Source of the DNA: Candidatus Krumholzibacteriia bacterium
GTDB lineage: Bacteria; Krumholzibacteriota; Krumholzibacteriia; LZORAL124-64-63
Direction: 5' to 3'
DNA length: 64,000 nucleotides
Assembly (NCBI GenBank): GCA_046484865.1
Contig: JAWOID010000104.1
Location: forward strand, 11,037-75,036
Shown piece after piece: positions 9,583 through 19,432 of this stretch. Both the position numbers and the translations under genes were made by a program. Within the stretch, counting starts at the first letter, position 1; the number at the start of each line of letters is the position of its first letter. The notes beneath the pieces were generated by a model. That model saw only the letters and a program-made list of their open reading frames with translations. It was not told where the DNA came from and ran no database searches.

Positions 9583-11315
9583 GGGGCGCCTTCCTCCGGG
9601 ACGGATGAGTGATCGCCTGGCCCCGGGCTCGCGGGAGCCTGCGGTTCGGCTGGATGGGCGCCGCCGGTGAGGCGGCGCAACTCGGCGGCAGCGGCCGCGG
9701 TGCGCACCAGGGCGGCCGAATAGCGACGCTGGGCGTCGGCGAGGTCGGCCGCCAGCCGCACCAGTTCGAAGGCGGTGGTGCGACCGCTCTTGAACTGCAA
9801 GATGCCGGCGCGCACCTGTTCCAGCGATGCATCCACGCCCTCCGAGGCGAATTCCAGGCGTGCGGCGCCGCGCTCCAGCTCGCGCGCCCGCGCGCGGACC
9901 TGCGAGTCGAGCGCCCGCCGCACCGCCTCGAGCTGCTGCTCGGCCAGCGTCACCTGCGCGCGCAGCCGGTCACGATCGCCGCGGTCGACGCTGGCGCCGA
10001 TGGGAACGCTGAACAGCAGGCCCACGCTCCAGGCCGGAAAGTCGCGCGAGACGACCTGATCGAAGCTGTCGCCGAAGCCGGTGTCCAGCGGGTTGCGGAG
10101 CGTGTCCGGCGGGCCCTCGCCGAAGCCGATGACCACCTCCCGGCCGGTGCCGGCCAGGCCGCGCCCGCCGAGAGTGCCGAAGAGGTCGAGCTGCGGCAGC
10201 GCGTCCCAGCGGGCGCCACGCAGGCGCGTACGCGCAGCCGCCAGCGACTGCTCGGCCGCGCTGGCCTGCGGGCTGCGGGCGAGCGCCGCCCGCACGAGCG
10301 ACTCCTGGTCGATCGCGGCATCGATCGGCGGCGGCGTCGACAGCGGCCGGTAGCGCCACGCCGACCCCGCGGGCCGGCGGCCCATCAGCACCGCCAGGCG
10401 ATCCGAGAGCACATCCAGATTCTCCTCCAGGTCGAGCGCCGCCTGCGCCTGCTCCGCGAGGAACACGCGGGCGCTGGCCACGTCGGCGGGTCCGATCAGA
10501 CCCGCGTCGGCCCTCAGCTGCGCCTCGCGCAGGAAGGCCTCGGCCTGCTCGCGGATCAGTGTCTGCACGGCCAGGTCGCGCTCGGCCGCGTACAGGGCCC
10601 AGTAGGTGGTCTCGACATCGGCCCGCGTGGTCAGCCGCACGTCCGTGTACAGCGACTCCGCCTCGTCGCGCAGGCGCTCGGCGGCTCCCAGCTGGCTGCG
10701 GGCGGCCGGCCCGAAGCCCCTGAGCAGCGGCTGCACGAGCGCGAGTTGCCCGAAGCTGTCCCACTGCGGCGAGAGCGTGGCGAAGGACGAGTTGGTGGTC
10801 AGCCGTACGGTGTTCAGCGACGCCGAGAGCTCCGTACCGAGGGGCAGCCGCATGCGCGCGCCCGCCTCGGCCCGGGTCCGCTCGATCTCGAGGACGTCGG
10901 CGCCGGCGAAGAACGACGCGGTGGGCTGACGCTCCTCGGCGTATTCTCCCTCCCCGAACAACTCGGGTGCGAACACGCCGCGCTCCCGGCGCACGCTCGC
11001 CTCGGCCGCCTGGAGCCGGGCCTGCGCCGCCTGGACGGCGGTGTCGCTCACCAGCGCCAGGGCCAGGGCATCCTCGAGCGCCAGGGGCTCGCCGGGTAGC
11101 CGCGCCAGCACCATGGCCAGGGCGCTGTCGGGCGCCGTGGCGAGGGGGCCGGAAGCGTCGGCCCGGTCCGCAGTGGCGGACGGCCGCGCCGGACTCTCGT
11201 CCTGCGCCATCGCCACGGCGGCGCTTCCGGGCAGCGCTGCGGCGACCAGTGCGGCTGCAAACCGCAGCAGGGTGCGAGCGCCGTGTCCGCGGCGGACCCT
11301 GGTTGCCGATCTCAT
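9579..11315 (-). CDS. TolC-family outer-membrane efflux protein
   Basis: C-terminal part of ORF 9579..12602, taken from ATG 11315: signal peptide, LALEDALALAL, QPLLRGFG, LPQLDL, FKSGRTTAFEL. Confidence 0.88.
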   Translation of the reverse strand: MRSATRVRRGHGARTLLRFAAALVAAALPGSAAVAMAQDESPARPSATADRADASGPLATAPDSALAMVLARLPGEPLALEDALALALVSDTAVQAAQARLQAAEASVRRERGVFAPELFGEGEYAEERQPTASFFAGADVLEIERTRAEAGARMRLPLGTELSASLNTVRLTTNSSFATLSPQWDSFGQLALVQPLLRGFGPAARSQLGAAERLRDEAESLYTDVRLTTRADVETTYWALYAAERDLAVQTLIREQAEAFLREAQLRADAGLIGPADVASARVFLAEQAQAALDLEENLDVLSDRLAVLMGRRPAGSAWRYRPLSTPPPIDAAIDQESLVRAALARSPQASAAEQSLAAARTRLRGARWDALPQLDLFGTLGGRGLAGTGREVVIGFGEGPPDTLRNPLDTGFGDSFDQVVSRDFPAWSVGLLFSVPIGASVDRGDRDRLRAQVTLAEQQLEAVRRALDSQVRARARELERGAARLEFASEGVDASLEQVRAGILQFKSGRTTAFELVRLAADLADAQRRYSAALVRTAAAAAELRRLTGGAHPAEPQAPASPGPGDHSSVPEEGAP

Positions 11316-11524
11316 CTGCCGGACTCCCGTCTGCCGGGGTGGAATCGCGGTCGGCGGCGTGACGAAGGCCTCCGCGCAGGGCGTGCATGATAGCGCCGGA
11401 ACGGGACATACGGCCAGAACCGGTTCCCGGTTCCCTGAACGAGGACATCCATCGCGGGATGCCGGGACGGCGCGGCGCCGCGGTCCCCGGCTCGTTCCGC
11501 CGGCGTCGTCTCGTCGCCTCGGCC

Positions 11525-12412
11525 TCACTCGTCCGGCCGGCCGCCGCTGGTGACGAGGCGGTCGAGCTTGTCCACCACGCGCTCCTCGACATCGTCCCAG
11601 AAGAGCTGCAGGTGAGGGAAGGGAATCTGGATGCCCGCCTCGTCCAGCGCCAGCTTGCAGGCCTCGACCACCGCGAACCGGGTGCCCCGTTCGAGGACGG
11701 CGTCGTCGATCCACACCCGCACCTGGAGATCCACGCTGGAGTTGCCGAGAGCGTCCACGACCACCGACGGCGCCGGATCGGACCGCAGGTGGGGAAGGGT
11801 GCCGACGGCGGCGAGGATCACCGTCCGCGCCTGGCGGATGTCCTCCTTGTAGGCGATGCCCACCGGCACGTCGATGCGCAGCTCGCCGTGCTTGCTGTTG
11901 TTCTCCAGGACCGCGTCGATGATCGACTTGTTCGGGATCACCACGTAGGTGTTGCGCGGCGTCCGGATCCGGGTGGAGCGCAGGGTGATGTTCTGCACCA
12001 TCCCGTACGCCCCTTCCACCCTCACCCAGTCGCCGACCACGAACGGCTTGTCCCAGAAGATGAGGATGCCGGCGATGAGATTGGCGAGCGAATCCTGCGC
12101 CGCGAAGCCGACGGCGATGCCGGCGACGCCCAGTCCGGTCAGCGCGGCGGCCACGTTGATGCCGAGCTGCGACGCCGCCATGACCAGCCCGATCGCCAGC
12201 AGGCTGTAGCGGTAGATGCTTGCGATCAGCAGGGACACCAGCTTCTCGTGCAGGCCGGCGCGACGCAGCGCGGCGAACAGGGGACGGCGGCTCAGCCGGT
12301 ACAGCATCCAGAAGGCGATCAGCACCAGCAAAGCGGCCATGAGGCTGGGCAGGAACGTCACCGTGTCGGTCACCAGGCGTTCCACGTCGAGCTTGTCCAG
12401 GAACGGGTCCAT
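11525..12412 (-). CDS. mscS: Small-conductance mechanosensitive channel
   Basis: GVAGIAVGFAAQDSLANLIAG, KPFVVGDWV, ITLRSTRI, IPN, VGIAY, AGIQIPFP. Confidence 0.92.
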   Translation of the reverse strand: MDPFLDKLDVERLVTDTVTFLPSLMAALLVLIAFWMLYRLSRRPLFAALRRAGLHEKLVSLLIASIYRYSLLAIGLVMAASQLGINVAAALTGLGVAGIAVGFAAQDSLANLIAGILIFWDKPFVVGDWVRVEGAYGMVQNITLRSTRIRTPRNTYVVIPNKSIIDAVLENNSKHGELRIDVPVGIAYKEDIRQARTVILAAVGTLPHLRSDPAPSVVVDALGNSSVDLQVRVWIDDAVLERGTRFAVVEACKLALDEAGIQIPFPHLQLFWDDVEERVVDKLDRLVTSGGRPDE

Positions 12413-12558
12413 TTCGTCTCCCTTCCACCGGGTTGACGGTTCGCCGACTCGTCGTGCAGACGGTCGCTCCGGCGGCCCTTCGCGGCAACCCCGGAGTCGT
12501 CCGGCGCCGGCGACGGGCCGCGCCGGCGGAGAGCCGCCGCTGCGCCCGCCGGGTGTTC

Positions 12559-12587
12559 TTGACAGCGGAAATCCAGGACGTGTTATT
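12559..12587 (+). promoter_or_regulatory. Putative sigma70-type promoter for gdhA
   Basis: TTGACA (12559-64), 17-nt spacer, GTTATT, upstream of the GGAGG RBS. Confidence 0.55.
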
Positions 12588-12619
12588 GGCGCCAGTCTTC
12601 ACAACCCCGAGGAGGGATC

Positions 12620-13909
12620 ATGAGCGCCGCTTCAGGCTTCAACCCGTTCGCCATGGCGCAGGCTCAGTTCGACAAGATTGCCGACCTGATCGGCCTGGAC
12701 GAGGGCACCCGCCAGCTCCTGCGGTACCCCCTGCGCGAGTACCACTTCGCCATCCCCGTCCGCATGGACGACGGCAACGTCCAGGTGTTCCGGGGCTTCC
12801 GCGTGCAGCACAACGACGCCCGCGGGCCCTGCAAGGGCGGGATCCGCTTCCATCCGCAGGAGACGGCCGACACCGTGCGCGCCCTCTCCATGTGGATGAC
12901 CTGGAAGTGCGCGGTCGCCGAGCTGCCGCTGGGCGGCGGCAAGGGCGGGGTCATCTGCGACCCCCACAACCTCTCCGCGCGCGAGCAGGAGGCCATCTGC
13001 CGCGGCTGGATACGCCAGGTGGCGCGGGACGTCGGACCGGTGCGGGACGTGCCCGCCCCCGACGTGATGACCAACAGCCAGCACATGCTCTGGATGCTCG
13101 ACGAGTACGAGGCCATCCACGGCGGGCACTATCCGGGCCTGATCACCGGCAAACCGGTCGGTCTGGGCGGGTCGCTGGGGCGCACCCAGGCCACCGGCTA
13201 TGGCGTGATCTACTGCTTGCGCGAGGCGCTGGCGGAGAAGGGCGTGGCCCTGGCCGGCACCACCGCGAGCGTGCAGGGCTTCGGCAACGTCTCGCAGTAC
13301 GCCATCGAACTCTACGAGGAACTGGGCGGGTCGGTGGCCTGCGTCTCCAGCTGGGACCAGGCCGAGCAGACCAGCTACAGCTTCAGCCGGGCCGGCGGGG
13401 TGGACCTGGGCGAACTGCGCGGGATCACGGATCGGTTCGGCGGCATCGACAAGGCGCGGGCCCGCGACCTGGACTACGAGGTGCTCCCCGGCGACGCCTG
13501 GCTGGAACAGCCGGTGGACATCCTCATTCCGGCGGCCCTGGAGAACCAGATCACCGGTGACAACGCGAACAGCATCCACGAGCGGGTGAAGTTCGTCGTC
13601 GAGGGCGCCAACGGGCCCACCACGCCGGATGCGGACCAGGTTCTGGAGCAGCGCGGGATCTTCGTGGTCCCCGACTTCCTGGCCAACGCCGGCGGGGTGA
13701 CCTGCAGCTACTTCGAGCAGGTGCAGAGCAACATGAACTGGTACTGGACGCAGGAGGAGGTGCTCGCCCGCCTCGACGAGAAGATGACGCGGGCCTACCA
13801 CGCCGTGAGCGGCCTCGCGAACAAGCAGGACCTCTTCATGCGCGACGCGGCCTACGTGCTCGCCATCAACCGCGTGGCGACGGCCTGCCGCGATCGCGGC
13901 TGGGCGTAG
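12620..13909 (+). CDS. gdhA: Glutamate dehydrogenase (Glu/Leu/Phe/Val family)
   Basis: GPCKGGIRFHP, MTWKCA, GGGKGG, DVPAPD, TGKP, VQGFGNV, EGANGP, PDFLANAGGV. Confidence 0.95.
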   Translation: MSAASGFNPFAMAQAQFDKIADLIGLDEGTRQLLRYPLREYHFAIPVRMDDGNVQVFRGFRVQHNDARGPCKGGIRFHPQETADTVRALSMWMTWKCAVAELPLGGGKGGVICDPHNLSAREQEAICRGWIRQVARDVGPVRDVPAPDVMTNSQHMLWMLDEYEAIHGGHYPGLITGKPVGLGGSLGRTQATGYGVIYCLREALAEKGVALAGTTASVQGFGNVSQYAIELYEELGGSVACVSSWDQAEQTSYSFSRAGGVDLGELRGITDRFGGIDKARARDLDYEVLPGDAWLEQPVDILIPAALENQITGDNANSIHERVKFVVEGANGPTTPDADQVLEQRGIFVVPDFLANAGGVTCSYFEQVQSNMNWYWTQEEVLARLDEKMTRAYHAVSGLANKQDLFMRDAAYVLAINRVATACRDRGWA

Positions 13910-13912
13910 AAA

Positions 13913-13934
13913 CGTCCCCGGCCGGCCGGGGACG
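13913..13934. terminator. Perfect palindromic hairpin between convergent gdhA and the PPDK_N gene
   Basis: CGTCCCCGGCCGGCCGGGGACG, 4 nt after the gdhA stop. Confidence 0.55.
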
Positions 13935-14062
13935 GTTCCCGGATCGGTCGGAAGCGGTGGCGCCCGGCGGCGGACCGCCGGAGCGAGCGAGATCGAGCAG
14001 GGCGGCGGCGCGGACACCACGCGCCGCCGCCTTTCCGGTTCCGGCCACGCCGGTCCGCACCG

Positions 14063-16471
14063 TCAGCGCGGCTCGGCCAGGTAGCCCAGCGCCACCTGCC
14101 GCTCGTCGTCCATGGCCACGTGCAGCAGCAGTCCACCCGACGCCTGGGAAACGTCGATCAGGCGGACGGTGGCCGCCTGGGCCGCGAACTCGGGCAGCAG
14201 TTCCGCCAGCCGGTTCGGGCTGCCGTGCAGGAAGCTCTCGTTGAAGACGACGTCCGGCTCGTCGGGGTAGAGGGCGAGGTACTGGATGTCCGACTCCACC
14301 AGGTCCTGGAAGAAGTGACTGCCGTAGGAGACATCCGGCAGGTAGCCTTCCTGCCGGCGGGCGATCTCCACCAGCAGCCGCGTGTTGTTCAGATCGGCGT
14401 AGCCCACCGGCACGCCCATGCGCGCGTCCTTGCTGCCCCACCGGCCCGGCCCCATCAGCGTGAAGCGCTCCCCCTCGAGGTGACGATTCAGGCGGGAGAC
14501 CGCGCGGGCAACCTGTCGGCGCTGCTCCTGCGTCTCGAGCTGGTTGTAATCGCGAGGGTCCACCAGCACCACCCAGGCGAGATTGCGCACCTCCGCCGCC
14601 ACGATGTCGCGTTGAGCGGAGAAGATCCGACGTTCCTCGGGCACCTTCTCTGGCAGGTGCACCTCGGCCTGGGGGCGGCGCACCGCCTGTGGCCGGCACT
14701 GCAGCAGGTATAACGCCTCGCCGTCGTGGGCGAACTCCATGTCCACCGGGCAGCCGTAGGCGCGCTCGATGGTCTTCAGGATCCAGCGGATCCGCTCGGC
14801 GTAGCGCTTCTTCTGGGCGAAGCCGTCGAACGTCACCACCAGATCCTCGGCCTGGCCCAGGACGCCGTCGCCCATGAGCGGACGCAGGAAGCCGTGCTCC
14901 AGGGTGGAGAAGACGCGACTCGCCCCCGGGACCGGCCCGCGGGCGTGACGCATGACCTCGGTGACGGACACCGTCTCGAACCTGTTCTGCTCCACGTTGA
15001 TCACGTCGCAGCGCTGCTGGCTCGTACCCACGATATCGCGGGTCTTCACCTCCGGGCGCAGGTTCGGCAGGCCCAGGGGGATCATGCGGGCGAAGTCGCT
15101 GGCCGTGCGGTCCACCGCGCGGGTGCCCAGACCGAAGACGATCCGCGCCAGCCCATCCTCCGGCCGGATGCGCGGGTTGCGCCGGTATGGATTCCAGCTG
15201 AAGCCCACGCCCGCGTACACCGGCAGGAAGTACGGTCCGATGCGCCGGCCCACGATCTTCTGGATCAGCACCCCCATGTTCTCGGTGAAGTCGATCAGGT
15301 TGTGCCGCTGGCGATAGCTGATGGGATCGGGCATCAGCGTGCTGGCGTAGACCTCGGCGATGGCACCCAGGAGCTGCTCCATGCGCTCGTTAAGCGTGCC
15401 CTGGTTCGTCACGAAGATGCTGCGGTACTTGCCGGCGAACGCGGTGCCGAAGCGGTCCTCCAGCAGGCTGCTCGAACGCACGATCAGCGGATGGGTGCCG
15501 GTCTCGTGGAGCACCTGGCGCACGCGCTCGACGATCTCCGGCGGGAAGTCGGCGTTGCGGAACAGCGTGAGGATCATGCGCGACTCGCGCCGGACCTCGT
15601 CGATCGGCTTGTACTTCTGGTCGAGGAACTCCTGCAGGGCGTTGTAGCTGACGAACCGCTCCATCACGTCCGATCGCATGTACCACGACTCGGGGGTGCG
15701 GATGCGCTCGCGGGGCGCCTGCGGGTCCGTGCGCGACTCGCGCTTGAGGATCTTGGCGCCGAGGATCATCCCGCCCGCCTTGCCGCCGATCAGCCCTGCA
15801 CCCTCGTCGGGACCGATGATGCGGTCGACGATGCGGTCGAAGTCGCGGATGCGCAGGTAGCGCTTGGCCACGCCCACGAACTCGAGCTGTTCGCTGATGA
15901 AGCGCTTGATCAGCGCCACCCGCACCGAGGTGGCCTCGTGCTCGGGCAGGCGAGTCTGGCCGCGGGGGATGGCGCAGAAGTCGTGCACCTTCTGGCGCAG
16001 CAATCCGAACGAGACGGTACTGAGATTGGCGATCTCCTCGAGGGTCTTGGCCTCGTCCCGCTTGCGGGTGATGTTCAGGACGTCGTCGATCTGCGCGGCC
16101 GTCAGGTGGCGCGACGCATACTCGATGGTCAGCTCCTGCACCCGGCGGCGCTGCTCCTCGTCGAACCGGCTGGCCAGTGGGACGTTGTCGTCCATCACGT
16201 TGTCGCCGTTCTCGCTGGAACCCGGCGGCTGTCGCAGCTGCGATTCGTCCATCCCCTCGCCGGCCTGCCGCTGGATCTCCTCGAGCGAGACGATCCCCTC
16301 GCTGTGCATGGTGATCAGCAGCGAGCGCAGGAACCGGATGCGCAGGGTGGAGTGCTGCGCGAGCAGGCGCCGGATGTGCCGGCGCACCTGTTCGGGTTTC
16401 CAGGGCCGGGGAACCGGCGCTCCGGCGGGGGGAGACTCGGGAGCGGGACGATCGCGGGGGTCTGGTGTCAC
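14063..16471 (-). CDS. PEP/pyruvate-binding (PPDK_N, ATP-grasp) domain protein lacking the PEP-synthase C-terminal barrel
   Basis: IGGKAGG, LIVRSSSLLED..AFAGKY, MGVLIQ, GLGTRAV, PVDMEFA, LYLLQCRP, then GPGRWGS and SYGSHFFQ. GTG 16471 follows GGAG. Confidence 0.85.
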   Translation of the reverse strand: MTPDPRDRPAPESPPAGAPVPRPWKPEQVRRHIRRLLAQHSTLRIRFLRSLLITMHSEGIVSLEEIQRQAGEGMDESQLRQPPGSSENGDNVMDDNVPLASRFDEEQRRRVQELTIEYASRHLTAAQIDDVLNITRKRDEAKTLEEIANLSTVSFGLLRQKVHDFCAIPRGQTRLPEHEATSVRVALIKRFISEQLEFVGVAKRYLRIRDFDRIVDRIIGPDEGAGLIGGKAGGMILGAKILKRESRTDPQAPRERIRTPESWYMRSDVMERFVSYNALQEFLDQKYKPIDEVRRESRMILTLFRNADFPPEIVERVRQVLHETGTHPLIVRSSSLLEDRFGTAFAGKYRSIFVTNQGTLNERMEQLLGAIAEVYASTLMPDPISYRQRHNLIDFTENMGVLIQKIVGRRIGPYFLPVYAGVGFSWNPYRRNPRIRPEDGLARIVFGLGTRAVDRTASDFARMIPLGLPNLRPEVKTRDIVGTSQQRCDVINVEQNRFETVSVTEVMRHARGPVPGASRVFSTLEHGFLRPLMGDGVLGQAEDLVVTFDGFAQKKRYAERIRWILKTIERAYGCPVDMEFAHDGEALYLLQCRPQAVRRPQAEVHLPEKVPEERRIFSAQRDIVAAEVRNLAWVVLVDPRDYNQLETQEQRRQVARAVSRLNRHLEGERFTLMGPGRWGSKDARMGVPVGYADLNNTRLLVEIARRQEGYLPDVSYGSHFFQDLVESDIQYLALYPDEPDVVFNESFLHGSPNRLAELLPEFAAQAATVRLIDVSQASGGLLLHVAMDDERQVALGYLAEPR

Positions 16472-16672
16472 GGATTCTCCCGGGCTGCGCAGCGGTCGTC
16501 GGAGACTCGAGTTGTTCCCGGCGCCCCTGGCGCGGGGCGCCCCCCAATCATCGCCGGGCGATCCCCCTGTGGCAACCCCCGGCCGGCGCCCGCGTCCGGT
16601 GCCGCAGCGGCGAGTGGCGCCGGCACCGGCGCCGGCGCCGGCACAGGGCTGCAGATCGCGAGCAGACCGGGC

Positions 16673-16701
16673 TCGACCCGGAACCTCCGGTGCGTTATCA
16701 T
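16673..16701 (+). promoter_or_regulatory. Putative promoter for ssrA
   Basis: TCGACC, 17-nt spacer, TATCAT, about 40 nt upstream of the tmRNA 5' end. Confidence 0.5.
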
Positions 16702-16741
16702 GTTCCAGAGAGAAGCGCCCGTCCCCGGGCGCCCCTCTGAC

Positions 16742-17097
16742 GGGGGCGACATGGCTTCGACGTGGTCGGGGGACCGGGAGCTGCATGCCGAGATTCCACG
16801 GATCTCGTTAAACGGTGGAAAAAACAATAAAAGACGAGAGCAACTACGCTCTGGCTGCCTAATTAGGCAGCCCGTCCTCGGATCGGGGGTGGCTTCGGCC
16901 TGATCCATGAGGGCGCCGTGTCCGGAGCCTAGCCGCGAGAGAGGTCCCTGGTCTCGCGGCGAAACCAAAGTGGGACTGGTCCGCAGGTTGGCGTGTCGTC
17001 CGGCCTGCCCGTGGACGAGATCAACGGACGGCTAAGCATGTAGACGCTCGCGGAGTACCGGCTTCGGACGCGGGTTCGATTCCCGCCGCCTCCACCA
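16742..17097 (+). ncRNA. ssrA: tmRNA; tag reading frame (A)DESNYALAA at 16833-16862
   Basis: 5' GGGGGCGACATGGCTTCGAC and 3' GCGGGTTCGATTCCCGCCGCCTCCACCA form a tRNA-Ala-like acceptor stem with G3:U70. The internal frame GAC GAG AGC AAC TAC GCT CTG GCT GCC TAA follows an A-rich segment. Confidence 0.96.
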
Positions 17098-17103
17098 TCT
17101 CCA

Positions 17104-17138
17104 GCGCGCCCGCCCGGCTTCGACCGCGGCGGGCGCGC
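17104..17138 (+). terminator. GC-rich hairpin after tmRNA
   Basis: GCGCGCCCGCC...GGCGGGCGCGC inverted repeat. Confidence 0.55.
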
Positions 17139-17247
17139 TCGTCTCCAGAGGCGGACGGGGCTTCCAACCCTCTGTCGCGCTGCGGCGTCGATTTGATGTA
17201 CGATCCGCCTGACAGCGCCCCGTCCGCATTCCCGGGAGCTCCTGCTC

Positions 17248-19323
17248 ATGACCTGCCGACATGCGTTCGCCGCCGGCCGTTGGCCGGCCGCCCTCCTGGT
17301 TCTCCTGCTCGCACGGCCCGCCGCCGCCGCCGGCTGGCTCCGGGAGGGGGATCCGCCGCCGGCCCCGATCGATCCGCCGGTCGGGTTCCTGGCGGATGCT
17401 CCCACGATCGACGGATTCCTCGATGCCGGACTCGAGGCGCGGCTGCCGGCCCGGGAGTTCCCGTTCGTGGTGCCCGCGGCGGAGGAGGCAGCGGGTGCCG
17501 GGGCGCCGGCCACGGCGCCCACCGCGGTGCCGGCCCGCTTCCGGATCGCGTACGGCACGCACTTCCTCTACCTGCAGGTGGAGGCGGACGCCGATTCGCT
17601 CACCTGCCGCGACCGCGGCTACCAGAACGGCGACGGCTTCCACCTGGTGATCGCCGCTCCGCGCGAGGACGGGGCGCCCAGCCGCGAGTTCTACGTGATC
17701 GCCTGCACCGCCGTGGACACGCCCGAGCGCGAGTGGCAGCGGCGCCTGATCTGGTACCGGAACGTGGACGACCTGCTGGTGCGGCTGGGCGACGGGGCGC
17801 GCCTGGAGTTCGCCGCGCGGGACGGCCGCATCCAGTTCGAGTTGCTGCTGCCCTGGTCGGAGATCCCGCCGTTCCATCCGTGGCTCTCGCCGGAGATCGG
17901 CTTCAACCTCTGCTTCGTGAAGGCCGTGGGAACGACGGGCAGGGAGTACCACTACCTCCTGCCCGACGGCCGCATGCAATCGGAGGCGAGCCCGCGCTGG
18001 TCGGCCCCGCTGCGGTTCGCCGAGCCCGCTCTCGAGACGGGGTCGCAGACTTTCGTGCTGTTGCCGCGCGGCCACCTGGGGGCCGGCCGGCCCCTGCCGC
18101 TCGCGGCGGCCACGCTGGCCGCGGAGCCCGTCCTCGAGGAGTTGCGGTGGTCCGTCGGCAGTGCCGGCGACGACTCGACGAGCGCGGCCTCGGCCACGGG
18201 CAGCGAGACGTCCCGGCGCTATGAGATACCGGCCGGCGTCTCCATCAGGCGCTGGCAGCTGCCCACCGCGGCACTGCAGCCGGGCGAGCACGTGCTGACG
18301 TGGTCGGCCGGCGCCGGCGGCGGCACGGCTCGCTTCACCGTGCTGCCGCCCGGGAACCCGGCCGCCCTGCGCGAGCGACTCGCGCTCGCGGTCGAGGAAC
18401 GGGCTTCGGGGATCCTGGCGCCGGGCAGCCGCACCACCCTCGAGTTCCTGCTCGACGAGTGCGAGCGCGAGCAGTCCGACCTCTTCCCGTGGGAGACGGC
18501 CGGCGCGCTGGGGGAGCGCCTGGGCCGGGCCGCCGACCTGGTTGCGGGCGCGGAGGCGGGCGAGGACGTGCTCACCGCCGCGACCGGTCCCGTGCGGCGG
18601 GCGTTCCGCTCGGCCGACGGCACCCTGCAGCCCTATGCCGTGCTGGCGCCCGCGAGCCGGGCTGGTGGGGCGACGGAGGCCCGCGCGACGGGTGACGCGG
18701 CGGGCGGCGGGCACCGTCATCCCGTGGTGGTCTACCTCCACGGCAGCGGCTCCGACGAGACGAGCCTCTTCCAGGTCGCGGACCGCTTTCCGCCGGAACT
18801 TCTCGTGGTGGCGCCGTACGGGCGGGGGCCGTCGCACTGCTTCGCCACGGAGGAGGCGCGGCGGGACGTGGCCGAGGCGCTCGCCGACGCGGCGGCGTGC
18901 TACCCGTTGGACCTCGAACGCGTGGCCGTGGTGGGCTTCTCGATGGGCGGTTACGGCGCGCTGCACGAGCTGTGGTCGCGGCCGGACGTCTACCGCGGCG
19001 CGGCGCTCTTCTCGGCCCATCCCGACCTGGCGAACCGCTGGCTGGGAGCGCCGCCCGGAGGCGGCCGGTACCCCGACTTCACCGACCCCGCCACCCTGGA
19101 CCCGCTGGCCGGCCGGCAGATGTTCGTCTTCCACGGCGAGCGCGACCGCAACGCGCCGTTCGCGCTGATCCAGACCTGCGTCGAGGAGATGCGCGCCGCG
19201 GGGGCGGAGGTTGCCTTCCATCCCGACGCCGACCGCGGCCACGAGAGTCCGCCGCCGGGGGTCGTGGCTGCCTTCCGGGCCTGGCTCGCCGACGTTCTGG
19301 AGGTCGCGGATCGCCTGCGGTGA
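17248..19323 (+). CDS. Secreted alpha/beta-hydrolase (esterase-like) with N-terminal CBM9/DOMON-like region
   Basis: Signal peptide; PTIDGFLD, YLQVE..D, FELLLPW, IGFN (CBM9-like); VVYLHGSG, GFSMGG nucleophile, FHGERD, RGHE. Confidence 0.75.
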   Translation: MTCRHAFAAGRWPAALLVLLLARPAAAAGWLREGDPPPAPIDPPVGFLADAPTIDGFLDAGLEARLPAREFPFVVPAAEEAAGAGAPATAPTAVPARFRIAYGTHFLYLQVEADADSLTCRDRGYQNGDGFHLVIAAPREDGAPSREFYVIACTAVDTPEREWQRRLIWYRNVDDLLVRLGDGARLEFAARDGRIQFELLLPWSEIPPFHPWLSPEIGFNLCFVKAVGTTGREYHYLLPDGRMQSEASPRWSAPLRFAEPALETGSQTFVLLPRGHLGAGRPLPLAAATLAAEPVLEELRWSVGSAGDDSTSAASATGSETSRRYEIPAGVSIRRWQLPTAALQPGEHVLTWSAGAGGGTARFTVLPPGNPAALRERLALAVEERASGILAPGSRTTLEFLLDECEREQSDLFPWETAGALGERLGRAADLVAGAEAGEDVLTAATGPVRRAFRSADGTLQPYAVLAPASRAGGATEARATGDAAGGGHRHPVVVYLHGSGSDETSLFQVADRFPPELLVVAPYGRGPSHCFATEEARRDVAEALADAAACYPLDLERVAVVGFSMGGYGALHELWSRPDVYRGAALFSAHPDLANRWLGAPPGGGRYPDFTDPATLDPLAGRQMFVFHGERDRNAPFALIQTCVEEMRAAGAEVAFHPDADRGHESPPPGVVAAFRAWLADVLEVADRLR

Positions 19324-19432
19324 GGGGACGGCCCGGACCGAGGCAGGTTCACCCGTGGACGTCTCCGCCATCCTTCCTTAGCCATGTGTCGCGAGCGCAG
19401 ACATTCCGCCGGTACGAAGGAAGGAACACGGC

